Part shown: positions 1-12,050 of the stretch, piece by piece
Numbering within the stretch: position 1 is the stretch's first letter
Layout of the letters: every line of letters begins with the position of its first letter
Position numbers and translations under genes: made by a program
The notes under the pieces: model-generated
Database searches by the model: none
Seen by the model: only the letters and a program-made list of their open reading frames with translations
What the model was told of the DNA's origin: nothing
Source: the human T2T-CHM13v2.0 reference genome, Homo sapiens
Strand: one strand, 5' to 3'
Assembly: GCF_009914755.1 (NCBI RefSeq)
Contig: NC_060932.1
DNA length: 64,000 nucleotides

Positions 1-324
1 ATTTAAAAATTTGCTTTTCTAAAGCACTTTCATTCTTTAAAATGCAGATAGAAACACCAAACAGGTACTTTTAGACCTAACTTAATTTTTCTTATTGTGA
101 TATAAAGAAACATTAATTCCAAAGGATTTCATCCTCCTTTAGATTTGGCCCTCTTGGCTTTGCTGCTCCCCAGACAATACCTGTCTCTTGGCCAACTAAA
201 CCTTGACTACTATTTTGTCCTTTATTGCTTTAAGGAACTAGTCTGATGGTTTATCTTACCCCTGTAGAGAAAACCTGCAAAGTAAACTTTGTATTTCTTT
301 TTATTTAAATGTTCCCTACCTTCC

Positions 325-395
325 TATTCCAAGTGCGCTCTGCAGATCAGCAGTATCAGTAGCACCTGGGAGCTTGCTAAATCTGCACACTTTCA
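325..395. mobile_element. MER5A-like hAT-Charlie DNA transposon fragment
   Basis: cagcagtatcagtagcacctgggagcttgctaaatctgca resembles the MER5A core cagcagcatcagcatcacctgggagcttgttagaaatgca. Confidence 0.6.
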
Positions 396-1710
396 TCCCA
401 TCACCATTTGTGGTCCAAAGGCTATGCCTAGCTGCAAGTGCCTTCTAAGGGAGGGTAACAGAATGCATGAATTTTAGACTAAGGATGCCAAATGTATGGC
501 ATATGTGCGGCTACTTTCTTATACTGCAAACTATAGTTTTAACAGTCATCGTTAAATGAGAATGTCACTTTTCTTTCTTGATCTCAGACTGCCTGAAACA
601 CATTCTCAACTTAGCACTCTGAGTAATCTCTACTCTAGATTCAGATTAAATCTATTCATTATACCTTATCTAAGCCATCCGGGCTCAGGTTATCAATTTT
701 GTTCACTCTTAAAGAAACCTAAGACAAATGAATTACTTTATAAAAGGCTGCTCATAGGGGTATTACAATGCAAATTCATAGTAAGGACAGAAACAGAATA
801 AACATAATGAGTAATAAAGTATACATATATATAGTAAATGAGAGAATTATTCATTCGCAGAACCATAAAGATGATTTTGGACAAAATCTCTGCAGAACAA
901 GAGCATTTCTCTTCTTAAATAGAGGAACAGAATGTCAGAGCTTTAAGGGGTATACATTTTTAAAGCCCTGTCTTTTAAATATATAAAAAGAAAAGAAGAT
1001 GAAGTGAAAGGGGCAGGGGTGAAGGAGATGGGGAGGAAGAGAGGAGTAAAAGAAGAAGAAAAGGAAAGGAGACCTAAAATGCTTATTTAATGTGTTAGTA
1101 GTTATAGTTGTTTATATTATACTAATCTTTAATCATTAGATTTGGGTTTTTTAACTTAATTGGAAGTCATTTAAAAACCCAGGAAACTTTATAGTGAATG
1201 CTCTCAGTACAATGATAACATTACACTTATGGCCCCTATCAGGTTGATCCAAGTCCAAAGTGTGTTCTAGCTGTAACAAGTAGATTGCAGTAGAGGACGG
1301 AGGTCATAAGACTGTTAAGTGGTAGAAAATTCTAGTTGTTAGCTTCTGTCTACAAGTATAATCAATGCCTATTACTAATCATAAGGAGATAGGAGATAAG
1401 CTCAATTACTTCTGAGAAAATGAGAAAGTAAAGAATTTGTACCAAAGTTATTAACTTAGTATGAAGTATAATATTCTCCAGAGAGATAGCTCTTCTTGTG
1501 AACAGTGAAAAGATGCTGATTTTCTCATGATGGCAGTTCCCTATACCCTAGGATTTGACTTTGTTGAGATCAGAAAGGAAATCTTTTTCTACTTTAATTC
1601 CCAGTGTCTAGAACATGCCTGGAACCCATCATGGTAGATTACTCAAGGTTCAGTATGGAAAATCCCCTAGCTATTTCAAGTACAGGGTGATTTAATACAG
1701 GAATTAAGTG

Positions 1711-2251
1711 TGTGGTGGAAGAAAAAGTCTTCCTCAAATCTCTTAGGGGTGTTGGCTACGTCTGAAAGGAAAACTGACAGAGACAGATTAACAAGAGAAA
1801 TGCATATACATTTATTTAATAAGTGTTATGGGACACGAGGGCCTTCATAATAAGACCCAAAGAAACTGGTAAACTTGCGTATTTCTTATGCAAGTTTTGA
1901 TGAAATGGCGAAGTGGATGTAGTTGTGGAGAAGTATGATTGGATAAAAAAATATAATCTAATGGTCATAAATTTGGGAGAACTTAGCAAGGCCTATTTGT
2001 TTACATTTGTCTCTGTGTCCATGTGTCTTTAGAAATAAAGATGTTCCTTTCTTCTGGGTACTGGGAGGGCAACTCTTGAATGAGGGTCTTATGACCTGCT
2101 TCAGGGGAAGGTCAGAAAAATGTTGTTTAGGTTTTATGGCCTGCTTCAGGGGAGAAGAGTGAGTGAAAGGTGAGAGTATCCTTTCTGAATCTGCTGTTTT
2201 CTCCAATGACAAGGGACCATATTTTAGGGTAGTACATCTTGAACTCCATTG
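1711..2251 (-). mobile_element. ERV1 solo LTR, MER39/MER34 group (MER39B-like)
   Basis: Reverse complement starts ..atggagttcaagatgtactaccctaaaatatgg..gagaaaacagcag; 4-bp TSD AGTG at 1707-1710 and 2252-2255. Confidence 0.75.
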
Positions 2252-2689
2252 AGTGCTAACAAAAATTATTGGAAAAGATGGAAAAGCAAAAGTCAGGGTG
2301 TCAAGGTCTATTTGTATTTTTATTTTTGCTCATACTGCTGTGGTGCAGACTTCTTGAAGCTTCTGCTATGATCAGGAAGCATCATGAAACTACTGCCAAG
2401 TTAGAGCTGTCCTGCGGTCCCAAAGCTGGTCGCAGGCAGTGGAGTACAGCCACTGCCACAGTTCACATTCCTGAAACAGGCTGTCCGGCATTTCTGTTGC
2501 AGGGGCAAGAATCCTTTATCATTGTCTCACCTTCCAAATTTCTTGCCAGTACATCTCGTTGGCAGAACCAAATTTCATCCAGAATTCTAGATGCAAGAGA
2601 GTCTCAGTAAAGTAGTTCTAAGTCTTCCAACTCCTGTGATATTTGGGAAAGCACACACACACAAAAGGATAGGAATTGGCACTCAGCAG

Positions 2690-3931
2690 TGTAGAGGAGG
2701 TAAAAACAAAATTGTTTTCCCCTGTAGAGGTGGAAAGGTTGTGATACCTTCCATCAGTCATAAGAGTTACAGCTGGCACTCCTATAACAAAAGTCAGGGT
2801 AACCGGAGAAAGGCATATCTTACTTAATCAGAGTTTTATGTGACCCAGGAACCTTCAGAATGAACACCCAAAGACCCAAGGGAAAACTTCATTTGTATGG
2901 TTAGACTCAATGAAGAACGGAGAGCTATGTAGAAATATGATCAGACAAAGAGGGAATGACCTAATGCAACAGACTGAAGTGGGGGAACCCAGCAAGGCCC
3001 ATCTGTTCAGATTCTTCTTGGCCTCTCAGTGTGGCCTTCCTTCCCTCCAGGTATAGGATATTACCCCTCTGGAAAAGAGTCTTATAATCTACTATAGGAC
3101 AAGGGTAGGTTAGAGAATTTCTTTATGGCCAGCTCCTAGACAGAAATGTGGGGAAGGTTAGAGGAATAATTCTAGTTTTTATGGTGGGCTTTGGGGAAAA
3201 GGCTTTCCAGTTTCTATGACCCACCTTGGAGAAGTAGAATTCTGGTTTTTATGACTTGCTTTAGGGAAGATTGAGGGGTGAGAGGCAGAAAGGCAGGAGA
3301 AGGTCAGAGTGACCTTGGTTCTGAGGCTGCTTCCAAGGCCCTTCCAATGTCCTTTAGTTCAAAGTACTCAGTATACCAAAGCACCATATTTTAGGTATTA
3401 CTCGTTTTTTGAGCTCCAATACTCTCAACATTTCTAAACTCTCTGCTGGGGCCCCTGTGAAAAAAGACAGACTAACAAGACAAAAACAAACAGAAGTTGA
3501 TTAACATGCATGTCACATACATCCATAGGAGACACCCAACTTGGACTTACATAGCATCTTCAACTAAAACAAGGAAAGGCTGTGAGGAGGCAGATTATGG
3601 AAAGATAACTGGGAAAATCAGGGTAGATAAAAGTAATATTTGGTATAAAGGTTTTGGTGCCTTCTCCATTGATAAGAGTCTTTTGTAATTTCATCCTTCT
3701 TTTCTTCTTTGTACAGAGTGGGAGATACTCTTACAAATGGAGATTTTCATTATAAATGTAAGTTTCCTTTACAAAAGGGTAATGTATACTGTTTTTAGAG
3801 CTTTTCCTGTGTCTGCTGTTTCTCAAAATAATCAGCTCAAAATAATCCTTATGCAAAAGAGCCATATTTAGGGTGGTATATTTTGGTCTTTTACAGTTAT
3901 ATTTTGGGGTACCATATTCTTATCTCCTACA
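2690..3931 (-). mobile_element. ERV1 solo LTR, MER34-like (2690-2722 plus 3422-3931, split by MER39)
   Basis: Reverse complement tgtaggagataagaatatggtaccccaaaatat..gcataaggattattttgagctgattattttgagaaacagcagacacagg; TSD GCAG at 2686-2689 and 3932-3935. Confidence 0.8.
2723..3421 (-). mobile_element. ERV1 solo LTR, MER39-like, nested in MER34
   Basis: Reverse complement tattggagctcaaaaaacgag..cctaaaatatggtgctttggtatactgagtactttgaactaaagg matches the MER39 5' end. Confidence 0.8.
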
Positions 3932-3999
3932 GCAGAAATAGATAATAGCCAAACATGGAGAGAAAAGAAATGATTTGCAGGAAGATAAATAGTACATAT

Positions 4000-4215
4000 A
4001 TTAGATGACTACCATGCATGAAAAACTTCATTGGGCTCTATTTATTTAATTTAATGTTTCTAACAACTAATTAATATCTCCACTTATACTGAAGCTTAGA
4101 GAATTTAAGTAACTTGTTCAACTTCACATAACTACTGTATGACAGAGCAAATATTTAATATTTGAATCCAATTCTCTCTGAATCTAAAACGTATTCCCTA
4201 TTCACTCTATGGTGC
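4000..4215 (-). mobile_element. MIR SINE
   Basis: actgaagcttagagaatttaagtaacttgttcaacttcacataact is the antisense MIR core. Confidence 0.7.
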
Positions 4216-5694
4216 TAATCTCAACAAATTCTTCAGGTAAGTAATGACCCAGATACCTACTTAAATTATTACCCATTTTCAAATCCCCGGACTGATATAT
4301 TTCATTGCGTTAATCCACCTCCATTTCTTTAAAAGTCAATAGGTCATGTAGATAAATTGTTCTCACCAAGGGTGTAAATCTACACTCATGTCATCAACAG
4401 CTGTGAAGACTTGTAATTTTCAACTACAAATATTTAAATGGCGAAAGAGTATAAACAATGCTTTTTTTTCAAATTAGAGCAAATTTGAAGTTTTCCTAAA
4501 ATAATATCGTGGTCTCATTTTCATTTCAATTTATATTCTTGTGAGGGAGAATTAAAATAGACGTCATGGGACTGCTGCATGAACACTGTCACCTATTGAA
4601 CCAATCCGTACTCCTTGTGAGTGGATTTTACTGATGGTTATGAATCTTAAAGCATGTTATGCAATCACAAAAATTTTCAAAAAAGTCTGGTTATATCTAT
4701 ATATGTTATCTGCCATGTGAAAAATTACATTTTTATCATGGAAGAAAAATGTTTGAAAATTGTTAATGTAGAGTATTGAGGACAATTCCTCTCTAGCTGT
4801 GGGTTCACAGGTTATGGATGCATTAATTCTCTTTATTTTTCAACACATATTTACTTTTATGTGCCTACTGTTCATAATGCATTGCACAGGTAGTATTAGA
4901 ATATCTGTCCCTAACTTTGAAATGGTACCTTCAGAATGATCCACTCCATTTTGCCCCCAAACTCAACTGAGATTTTTGCAAAAAGCCCTCCATCCTGATA
5001 GCGTTCTCTGAGAAAAAAAAAGTTGGATGGAACCTGATCAAAGAATGACTATAAACAAGGAGAAATGAATAAAACAGTATTCCATTCCATATGGATATCC
5101 ACTCTCCTCAGTAGGTGAGTGTTTTGTCCCACCATCTGAGATACATAGCTTTCTACGGAAATCCGTCTTGTATGCATATAAATATCCATTTTGATATGTA
5201 TATTTGAAATATATTCATATATACATGTCCATACCTTCAATGTTGTATCTCTTAGGCCCCAAATGCACATAAAGAGCAAATGCACCACAAAGGGAACAGC
5301 TGGGAATCATTAGTCATAATCATAGCCAGGATCAAGGGAAAACCCGGCAGGTGGAGTGTTCTCGTTAACAAAATTGTCCAGAAATCTGGAAAGAGAAACA
5401 TTGTTTAAAACATGGCTCTTAAAATAAATCATGACTGTAACTTCCTCTGGTCTTGGTTTTCTTTATTTTCTTTTTCTAAAACCTGGTTCTTATTGCATAG
5501 AAATGGAATATTTGGCATGATAAAAATAATAAACATGAATTGAGTTTTGATGAGACTGAAAGGATTCCATAAAGAACATGGACTTAGATACAGCCCTTCT
5601 CCCTCTGGCTCCACAGCCTATTAACTGTTGAACCAATATCATGTGTTGTTTTACCATGGAAATGTAGTGATATGACTATGTGAAGTACTAGAAT

Positions 5695-5812
5695 TCCTGG
5701 ACTCTAAGGCAGGCTGGTCACTGCGTGGGCTTGGGGAAATTGCTTGTTCTCTGTGAACCTCAAATATTAGGACTTGTAAACTAAGGCCCTTTTTAGTTAT
5801 AAAATTCTGTCA
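5695..5812 (+). mobile_element. MIR/MIR3 fragment
   Basis: gggcttggggaaattgcttgttctctgtgaacctca..ctaaggccctttttagttataaaattctg. Confidence 0.45.
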
Positions 5813-6219
5813 CTGAATGCTGATGCTCAGCACTGGGCAGTCTGAGAAGTGAACTTTGATTGCCCCTAGGATGCTTACATTTCAATCCACTGAGCAAAAT
5901 GTTAAAAAATTAGAAGTATGGTGAGCACATCTGTAGAACAGAGAGAAAGAAAACCACAAACATAGCTTCTTGGAAGTGACAGCGTGATGAAACAGTAAAA
6001 CAAAACCAAAAACCAAAAACCAAAAAAAAGCTTTGAAAGGTAGGAAGGAATTTTATGGGATAATTTACAAATTAGTTTGGTGAAGAATGGCTTAAAAGAC
6101 ATTTTCAGTATATAGTTAAATAAAAGATTGGATTCTCATGTTGGATAAGAGGCATATATTTGGTAAAATATTGAGATAGTTATGCAATAGTTTGTAGTTT
6201 ATTTTGCTGTCACTTATGA

Positions 6220-6748
6220 TATTAGTTATCTATGCTGCATAACAAATTATTCTAAAGCCTAGTGGCTTAAAATAATACTTATTATTTCACAGCTTGGGTG
6301 GGTCAGGAATTTGGGAGCAGCTTATCTGGGCAGCTTTGGTTTAGGGTCTCATGTGAGTTTGCAGTCAGTGGGTCAGCCAGGCGTGGCAGGGCTGGAGAGT
6401 CTATTTCCAAGAAGGGTCACTCACATGGCTGCTAACAGGAGGCCTTAGTTCCTCACTGCATGGGCCTCTCCCTAAAGCTGCAGAAGTGTCCTCATGATAT
6501 GGCAGCTAACTACTCCCAGAACAAGCAATCGAGGAGGAGAGAGACAGAAAGAGAAAGAGAGGCAGACAGACCCAAGCGGAGGCCACAATGTCTTTTATGA
6601 GTTAGCCTCAGAAGTAACATACCATCACTTCTGCCATATTCTATCAGTCACCCAATCCAGCCCTGGTACAATGCAGGTGGGGATTACATGGGAGTGTAAA
6701 TACCAAGATGGGGACCTTTGGGACCATCTTGGAGGCTGGTTACCACCT
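6220..6748 (-). mobile_element. MaLR solo LTR, MLT1F/G/H-like
   Basis: tattagttatctatgctgcataacaaatt..ggtcaggaatttgggagcagc..ccatcacttctgccatattctat..ccatcttggaggctggttaccac. Confidence 0.8.
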
Positions 6749-7538
6749 ATTAATACAAAGTATAATAGTAAGAACTGAGGAAGGATGAGATTTTGATTCT
6801 AAGTATATATATGTAAAAATGAGCAGAAAACAGAGGAAGATATAGTCTACATCTGGCTTTGATTACACACCTTTCTACATTAGAGGGGGAGAAAAAGCCT
6901 CAATACATGTATATTTATTTAGTATGTATTAACAACTTATCTACATCTTCCATCATCAATATTTCAAAGAAAATATGCACTTACATCAAAAATCTGCATT
7001 TATTGTTCTATGTGATTTCGATTCTTTCTTTACTGCTTAATGTGGTTGACAAAGATCTTGTATATATGAAGAAGGGCCAGTTTGGCCACTTCCTTGTTGT
7101 TTGCTTATGATTTCATTATTAGTATTATCTTTAATCTGTAGCTTCTATTCAGAAATCTCTTAAGCCATCTCTCTACTTTGTGAGGGCTAGTTAGTTAAAA
7201 CTGGAGAATAAAATCTATTAATCCATTTAATCAGTCCAGATAAACTGTAATGCAGTGCGGCTCACTGAGAACAGATGAACAAAGACACACTGCTCTGTTT
7301 CCTGGAAATCCTACTCAACCCTTCAGGCACCTCACATTCTTTCCCTGAAATGTGACTATAAGATACAGGGATAAATTGAGAGCACCAATGTTGGTTTGTA
7401 AATGAAATAAAGATCGACTTCTTTCCTTTTTTGAAAACAAATAGCAAGCTTAATATTTTCTTCTATTTGATGGCTAAGGAGTTTCTCAAAACTTCTTTTG
7501 TTTTGATGAGCAAAGAAATAGGAACATGCCACCTAGAT

Positions 7539-7743
7539 CAGGAGTCAGCAAGCTATAGCCCAAGGACCAAATTAAGTTCTTTGTCTGTTTTTACAAATAA
7601 AGTTTTATTCAACTAAGCCACAGACATTTGTTAACAAATTTTCTATGGCTACTTCCATGCTATGACTAATTGCAATACTCTCTATGGTCTGCTAAGTAGA
7701 AATATCTACTACATAACCCTACAGAAAAAGTTTACAGCCCCTG
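7539..7743 (+). mobile_element. MER58A hAT-Charlie MITE
   Basis: caggagtcagcaagcta..tgtttttacaaataaagttttatt..acagaaaaagtttacagcccctg, with terminal inverted repeats. Confidence 0.8.
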
Positions 7744-7794
7744 TTTTAGGGGCTTTAAATGAATCCTCAGACTCAGGTAAATTTGATGACAGGA

Positions 7795-7998
7795 AAGCTT
7801 AGTGATTAAAGGCACAGACTTTGGTTAGTCACATCTCTTTTTCTCATCATCTCTGGTTTGATGACCTTGGGACAATTACTCATTTCTTGGGGTCACACTT
7901 CTCCAGTAATCTATCATAGGATTTCTTTTTTGAGGATGAAATGTCATGTGTCAAACTGCCAAATTCAGTGCCATATTTAGGCACTAAATAATGGCAAA
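7795..7998 (+). mobile_element. MIR SINE
   Basis: ttagtgattaaaggcacagactttgg..tgaccttgggacaattact..tgaggatgaaatg. Confidence 0.65.
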
Positions 7999-8154
7999 GC
8001 TTTAAGACATATTACTGAACAGATAATCTATAAGTAATAGAAATAAATAAATAAATTCAATGCAAATACCTTTGAGCATTAGCATTGAACTTGCTTTTTC
8101 ATCTTGTTATGTTATGAGTTTATAGAATCTGTGTTGGTTAATAGATTTCAATCT

Positions 8155-8735
8155 AGACCTCAAGTGGAGCTCTCAGGGATTGGCTCTGGCCCTTTTTGAA
8201 CATTTTGCCAAAATTTGAATGACAGATGACAAGTTTAGTATCTTTTTGAGTGACACAAAGATAGGAAAGATAGATAAGCATTGTATAAAAAATATAGATT
8301 CAAGAAAACTTAATAAAATAAAACTAAGAAAATGAAATTAACAGATATATTAAAAAGTATATTTAATAACAAGATTTATGTTGAAAATGTTAATATTTTA
8401 ATGCATATTCCTTTATTCTTTGACAAGATTTATTTAATAACAACAACATTCAACTGCTGCTTGTGTGACAAAGAATAACTAACTGAACAACATGGCTACA
8501 TGGACAAAGAACTATCAGAATAGCATGGCTGTTTAAATAGGAGAAAGAGAGAAGAATGTGAGAAAGGTCATGAGACAGAGAGAGAGAATGTGAATGCAGA
8601 TGTGAATGCAGTCTCAGACTGCATTCAAAGCATAAAGTGTATGTACAGATCAAAGGATGCAAATCTGGCCAGTTCATATTTTAGGTATTTCTGTTTAATT
8701 TTAGATGCCATATTTTTAAAGAGACATTTACCTAC
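8155..8735 (+). mobile_element. L3/CR1 LINE remnant
   Basis: cagggattggctctggccc..tgacacaaagataggaaag..aatgcagtctcagactgcatt..cagatcaaagga..gccatatttttaaagagacatt follow the L3 ORF2 consensus. Confidence 0.6.
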
Positions 8736-9144
8736 AATAGGAAAAGTCAAATTATATTTATTCAGATCACTTTTATGCTTATAGCTATACCTACATATGC
8801 CGGTAATTGTACTAATAGCCTTTACATGTGGTGACTACAATAGCTGCCCTTCCCCATCCAAAATTTTGAGCGCATTTAAGGGAAATCTAGTTGTCTGTTA
8901 GCTCGAACCTGTGTATTTATCTGAAGTAAGTATTATTGTTTTTCTTTTACATGTTAAGACACTGAATTTCATGTGGAAAGATAATTATGATGTAAAGATG
9001 AATATATTGCAGCAAAAATCAGGATAAAAAGCAAATAGTATAAAGCAGATAGTATAAAGCATATAGTATATAGGGTGGTGTTGATGCATGATTAAAGAAT
9101 AAAGGAATATGCATTAAAATATTAACATTTTCAACACAAATCTT
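8371..9144. repeat. 51-bp inverted repeat (8371-8421 and 9094-9144), 50/51 identical
   Basis: aagatttatgttgaaaatgttaatattttaatgcatattcctttattcttt is the reverse complement of aaagaataaaggaatatgcattaaaatattaacattttcaacacaaatctt except for one base. Confidence 0.95.
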
Positions 9145-9547
9145 CTTGTATTCTTTTAATCAATAATATGTATTGCATTTGCATCAGACACTATTTAATG
9201 TCATGGAGATGTAGTGGTAAACAAATATTCTGTGAATGTTGGGGAAAAGAAATTTACAGGAAAATGAAAGGAGAACAGGACACTGAAAAGTCTAGCAACC
9301 CAGTCGAATGAGGAAAGACCAAAAGAACTGTAGGTATTAAGTTCATGTGACAAAAGTCCAATGTGTGGTCATTAGGGTCATTAGATAGGTCTTCATGCAT
9401 TTGAAGTGGAAAATTGGATAGTTTCATTTTACATGGCACTCATAATTAACACTGATGACAGAAAATTGGTAAAATATCGATCCCATCTCCTCACAAAGAA
9501 CAATTCAGCAAGACTAAAAGTTAGTCCTCTCTAACAATGGGCTAGGT

Positions 9548-9768
9548 CAGAAGTCAGTAAACTTTTTCTGTAATGGATCAGTTAAATATTTTCTCCTTAG
9601 CAGGCCATATGGTTTCTGTTGCAGACTCCTCAACCCTGTTACTATCGTTCAGAGTAGCCACAGACAGTATGTAAATGAGTGGGTGTGAATGTGTTCCCAA
9701 AATATTTTATTGGCGAAAACAGGCAACAGGTTAATTTTAAACTGCAAGCCACAATTTGCTCACCCTTG
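9548..9768 (-). mobile_element. MER58A hAT-Charlie MITE
   Basis: cagaagtcagtaaactttttctgtaa..gcaggccatatggtttctgttgca..tttgctcacccttg; 8-bp flanks ggctaggt/gactaggc. Confidence 0.85.
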
Positions 9769-10067
9769 GACTAGGCTAATTCCCAAGGCTATGAACAGCA
9801 AACGGCCAGGCACAAATAAATCGGCTACCAATCAATCACATTGACCAGGGATTTTGAGGATAAACTAGAGAATATGACATAAGATTCCTTCAAAATCAAG
9901 GATGAAGTAACAACAGTTAATTTAATATTATCTTTCTGTCTATCCATCCATCCGTGTGTTCATTCAGCTATTCCTTTCTTTCATATTTCATTGTGTTTGA
10001 CTTCTCTTCTATTTAGCCAGAAATATTTGTTTATATTAAGGATACTAAGATTAATATAGTAAGAATA

Positions 10068-10988
10068 CAGAGAAAGAAAGAACGGGAGAAAAAGAAAGAG
10101 GGGAAGGAAGGAAGAGAGAAAATAAGAGGTGGGAGAGAAAATAAAAGAAGGAAGGGGGAAAGAATGAAAGAGAAAGAAGAAAGAGGAAAAGAAAGAAGAA
10201 AGAAAGAGAGAGAACGAGAGAGAGAAAGAAGAGAAAGGAAAGGAATGAAGGAAGGGAGAGAGAAAGGTGGGGAAGGAAGGATGAAGGAAGGAAGGAAGGA
10301 AAGAAAGAAGGAGAGAAGAAAGAAGGAGGAGAGAAGAAGAGAGGAGGAAGGAAAGGAGGAAAGGAGAAGGGAGGAAGGAAGAAGAAAGAACAAGGGAAAG
10401 AGAAAGGAGGAAAGGAAGGAAGGGAGAGAGAAGGGAGAGAAGAGGAAAGGAAGGAAGGAGAGAGAGAAATAAGGAAGATGGAGAGAGAAGGGAATCAGGA
10501 AGGAGGGAGGGAAGGGGAAGGAAGGAAGGAAGTAAAAAGAAAAAGAGAGAAATGAGTGAGGGAGGGAGAGAGGAAAGGAAGGAAGAAGAAGGAAAGGAAG
10601 TAAGAAAAAGATGGGGGAGGGAGGGAAAGAAGGAAGGAAGGAGGAAAGGAAGAAAGAAAAAAGGAGGACATTTAGCAGCATCCATGGTATAAAAAATAAG
10701 AAAAAATTTTTAAAAAAGGATGAGGAAAGAGGGAGAAGGGAAGGAGGGAGAAAACAAGAAAAGAAAGAAAGGAAAGAATGAAAGAAGGAACGAAAGAAGA
10801 AAAAGAAAAGAGAAAGGAAGAGAAAGGAAGGAAGGAAAAGGAAAGGAAAGGAAAGAAGGAAGGAGGAAAGACAGGAAGAAAGGAAGAGAGAAAGGGGGAG
10901 GGAGGGCAGGAAGGAAGGAGGGAAACAAAAGGAGGGAGAGAGGGAAAAGCAAAAGATGGAGGAAGGAAAGAAAGGAGGAAAGGAAAAC
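10068..10988 (+). repeat. ~0.9 kb GA-rich polypurine low-complexity tract (GGAA/GAAA/GGGA units)
   Basis: Almost purine-only on the + strand except for an island at ~10668-10712. Confidence 0.95.
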
Positions 10989-11189
10989 CTTTAAAAATCT
11001 ATAGTACAACTTTTCAATTTTTCAGAAACAATTATATTAAGAAAGAGATATTTCTTAGTCCCTTTTATTTTCATTAACCTAACAAATCTGACCTTTGAAG
11101 CAGGTCATAGGGTTTTACTTTAAGCCCAAAGTACAGAGAACTCAGGATATTAACTAGTGATAATTCCTGTTGTACGGGAACAGGAGGAA

Positions 11190-12050
11190 AATTTAAATAT
11201 GTTTGGCAGAGGAGGATGGTGGAAAGGAGAAGAGAGTGGGTAGACGAAAGAGTCCTAATTTTTATCCCCTGTCGAAGCCAACTGCAAGATATTAAAATCA
11301 TTAAACTTTTAAAAATGAAATCGTTGAAGTTCTTAAAATATCTAACTACATGTGGAAGTCCCCCAAGATTTGAGTCTGAGTCTATCTAATCAGTATGAAG
11401 CTTGAGGCCTCTAGGAGACGCACAGCGTTTAGCTCAGAGCTTTATCAATGTCATATGAGAGCAGCAGAGCTACGCTGGCAGAGGCAAGTGTCTACTGAGA
11501 ACTGAGACAGCTCTGAGGCTTTCCCTGGCCAGCGATATCAGGGATGGGCCTTGGACCAGCTGAGACCACACATGGACTAGCAAAGACCCAGAGTTAGGAG
11601 AAGATGCTATATCGTGGGGGAGCTCTCCTTGGAGGCCATGGGCACCATTATGGCATTCCGAAGAACCCAGATGAGACTATCTCACCACCAAGGAGGCCAG
11701 AATCAGGCCAGCCACACTGCATGAGAAACCTATGTCGATTTGAGGCCCTTCCTCTATTGCTGCCACAAGGTCGTCAGGTCTTGAGAACTCCTCTGCATAC
11801 CCTGCCACCATCTTGGAAGGGAGGAAAATCTGATAAGCTGAGATATGGCATGAAAGGGTCTAAGTCATTCAGAAGAAAATCGCCAAACTAAAGGTCCTAA
11901 CTCTTTTATTTGGCAAAATAATGTTATTGATAGCTTCTTTGCTTCTTCCATTAGTAGGGTAGAGACCATAAGAGGAAGATTAGATTTAAGAGAATATTCA
12001 GAAGCTACATTTTCTTTGCATATTTGGGCAATATCAAGTCAAATTTTAAC
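11190..12050 (+). mobile_element. Possible ancient Gypsy-like LTR (MamGypLTR/LTR85-88 type)
   Basis: GC-richer block ending gagaatattcagaagctacattttctttgcatatttg, reminiscent of these LTR 3' ends. Confidence 0.3.

Larger units (their letters stand above)
1638..3955 (-). mobile_element. Ancient LTR (LTR78/MLT-like, family uncertain), in pieces at ~1638-1710, 2252-2689 and 3932-3955, split by younger LTRs
   Basis: ctagctatttcaag..gatttaatacaggaattaagtg reads on into ctaacaaaaattattggaaaagatggaaaagcaaaagtcaggg once the 1711-2251 insert is removed. Confidence 0.45.

Noticed and set aside
2093-2156. Repeat cctgcttcagggga twice
   Set aside because: Likely an intrinsic internal repeat of the MER39-group LTR
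7539-9768. Inverted MER58A pair as a composite transposon
   Set aside because: Each copy has its own termini, the outer flanks share no convincing TSD, and there is no transposase between them
9981-11077. ORFs of 94-234 aa (L/S/P/F-rich or K/E/R/G-rich)
   Set aside because: Artefacts of the polypurine tract, which has few stop codons
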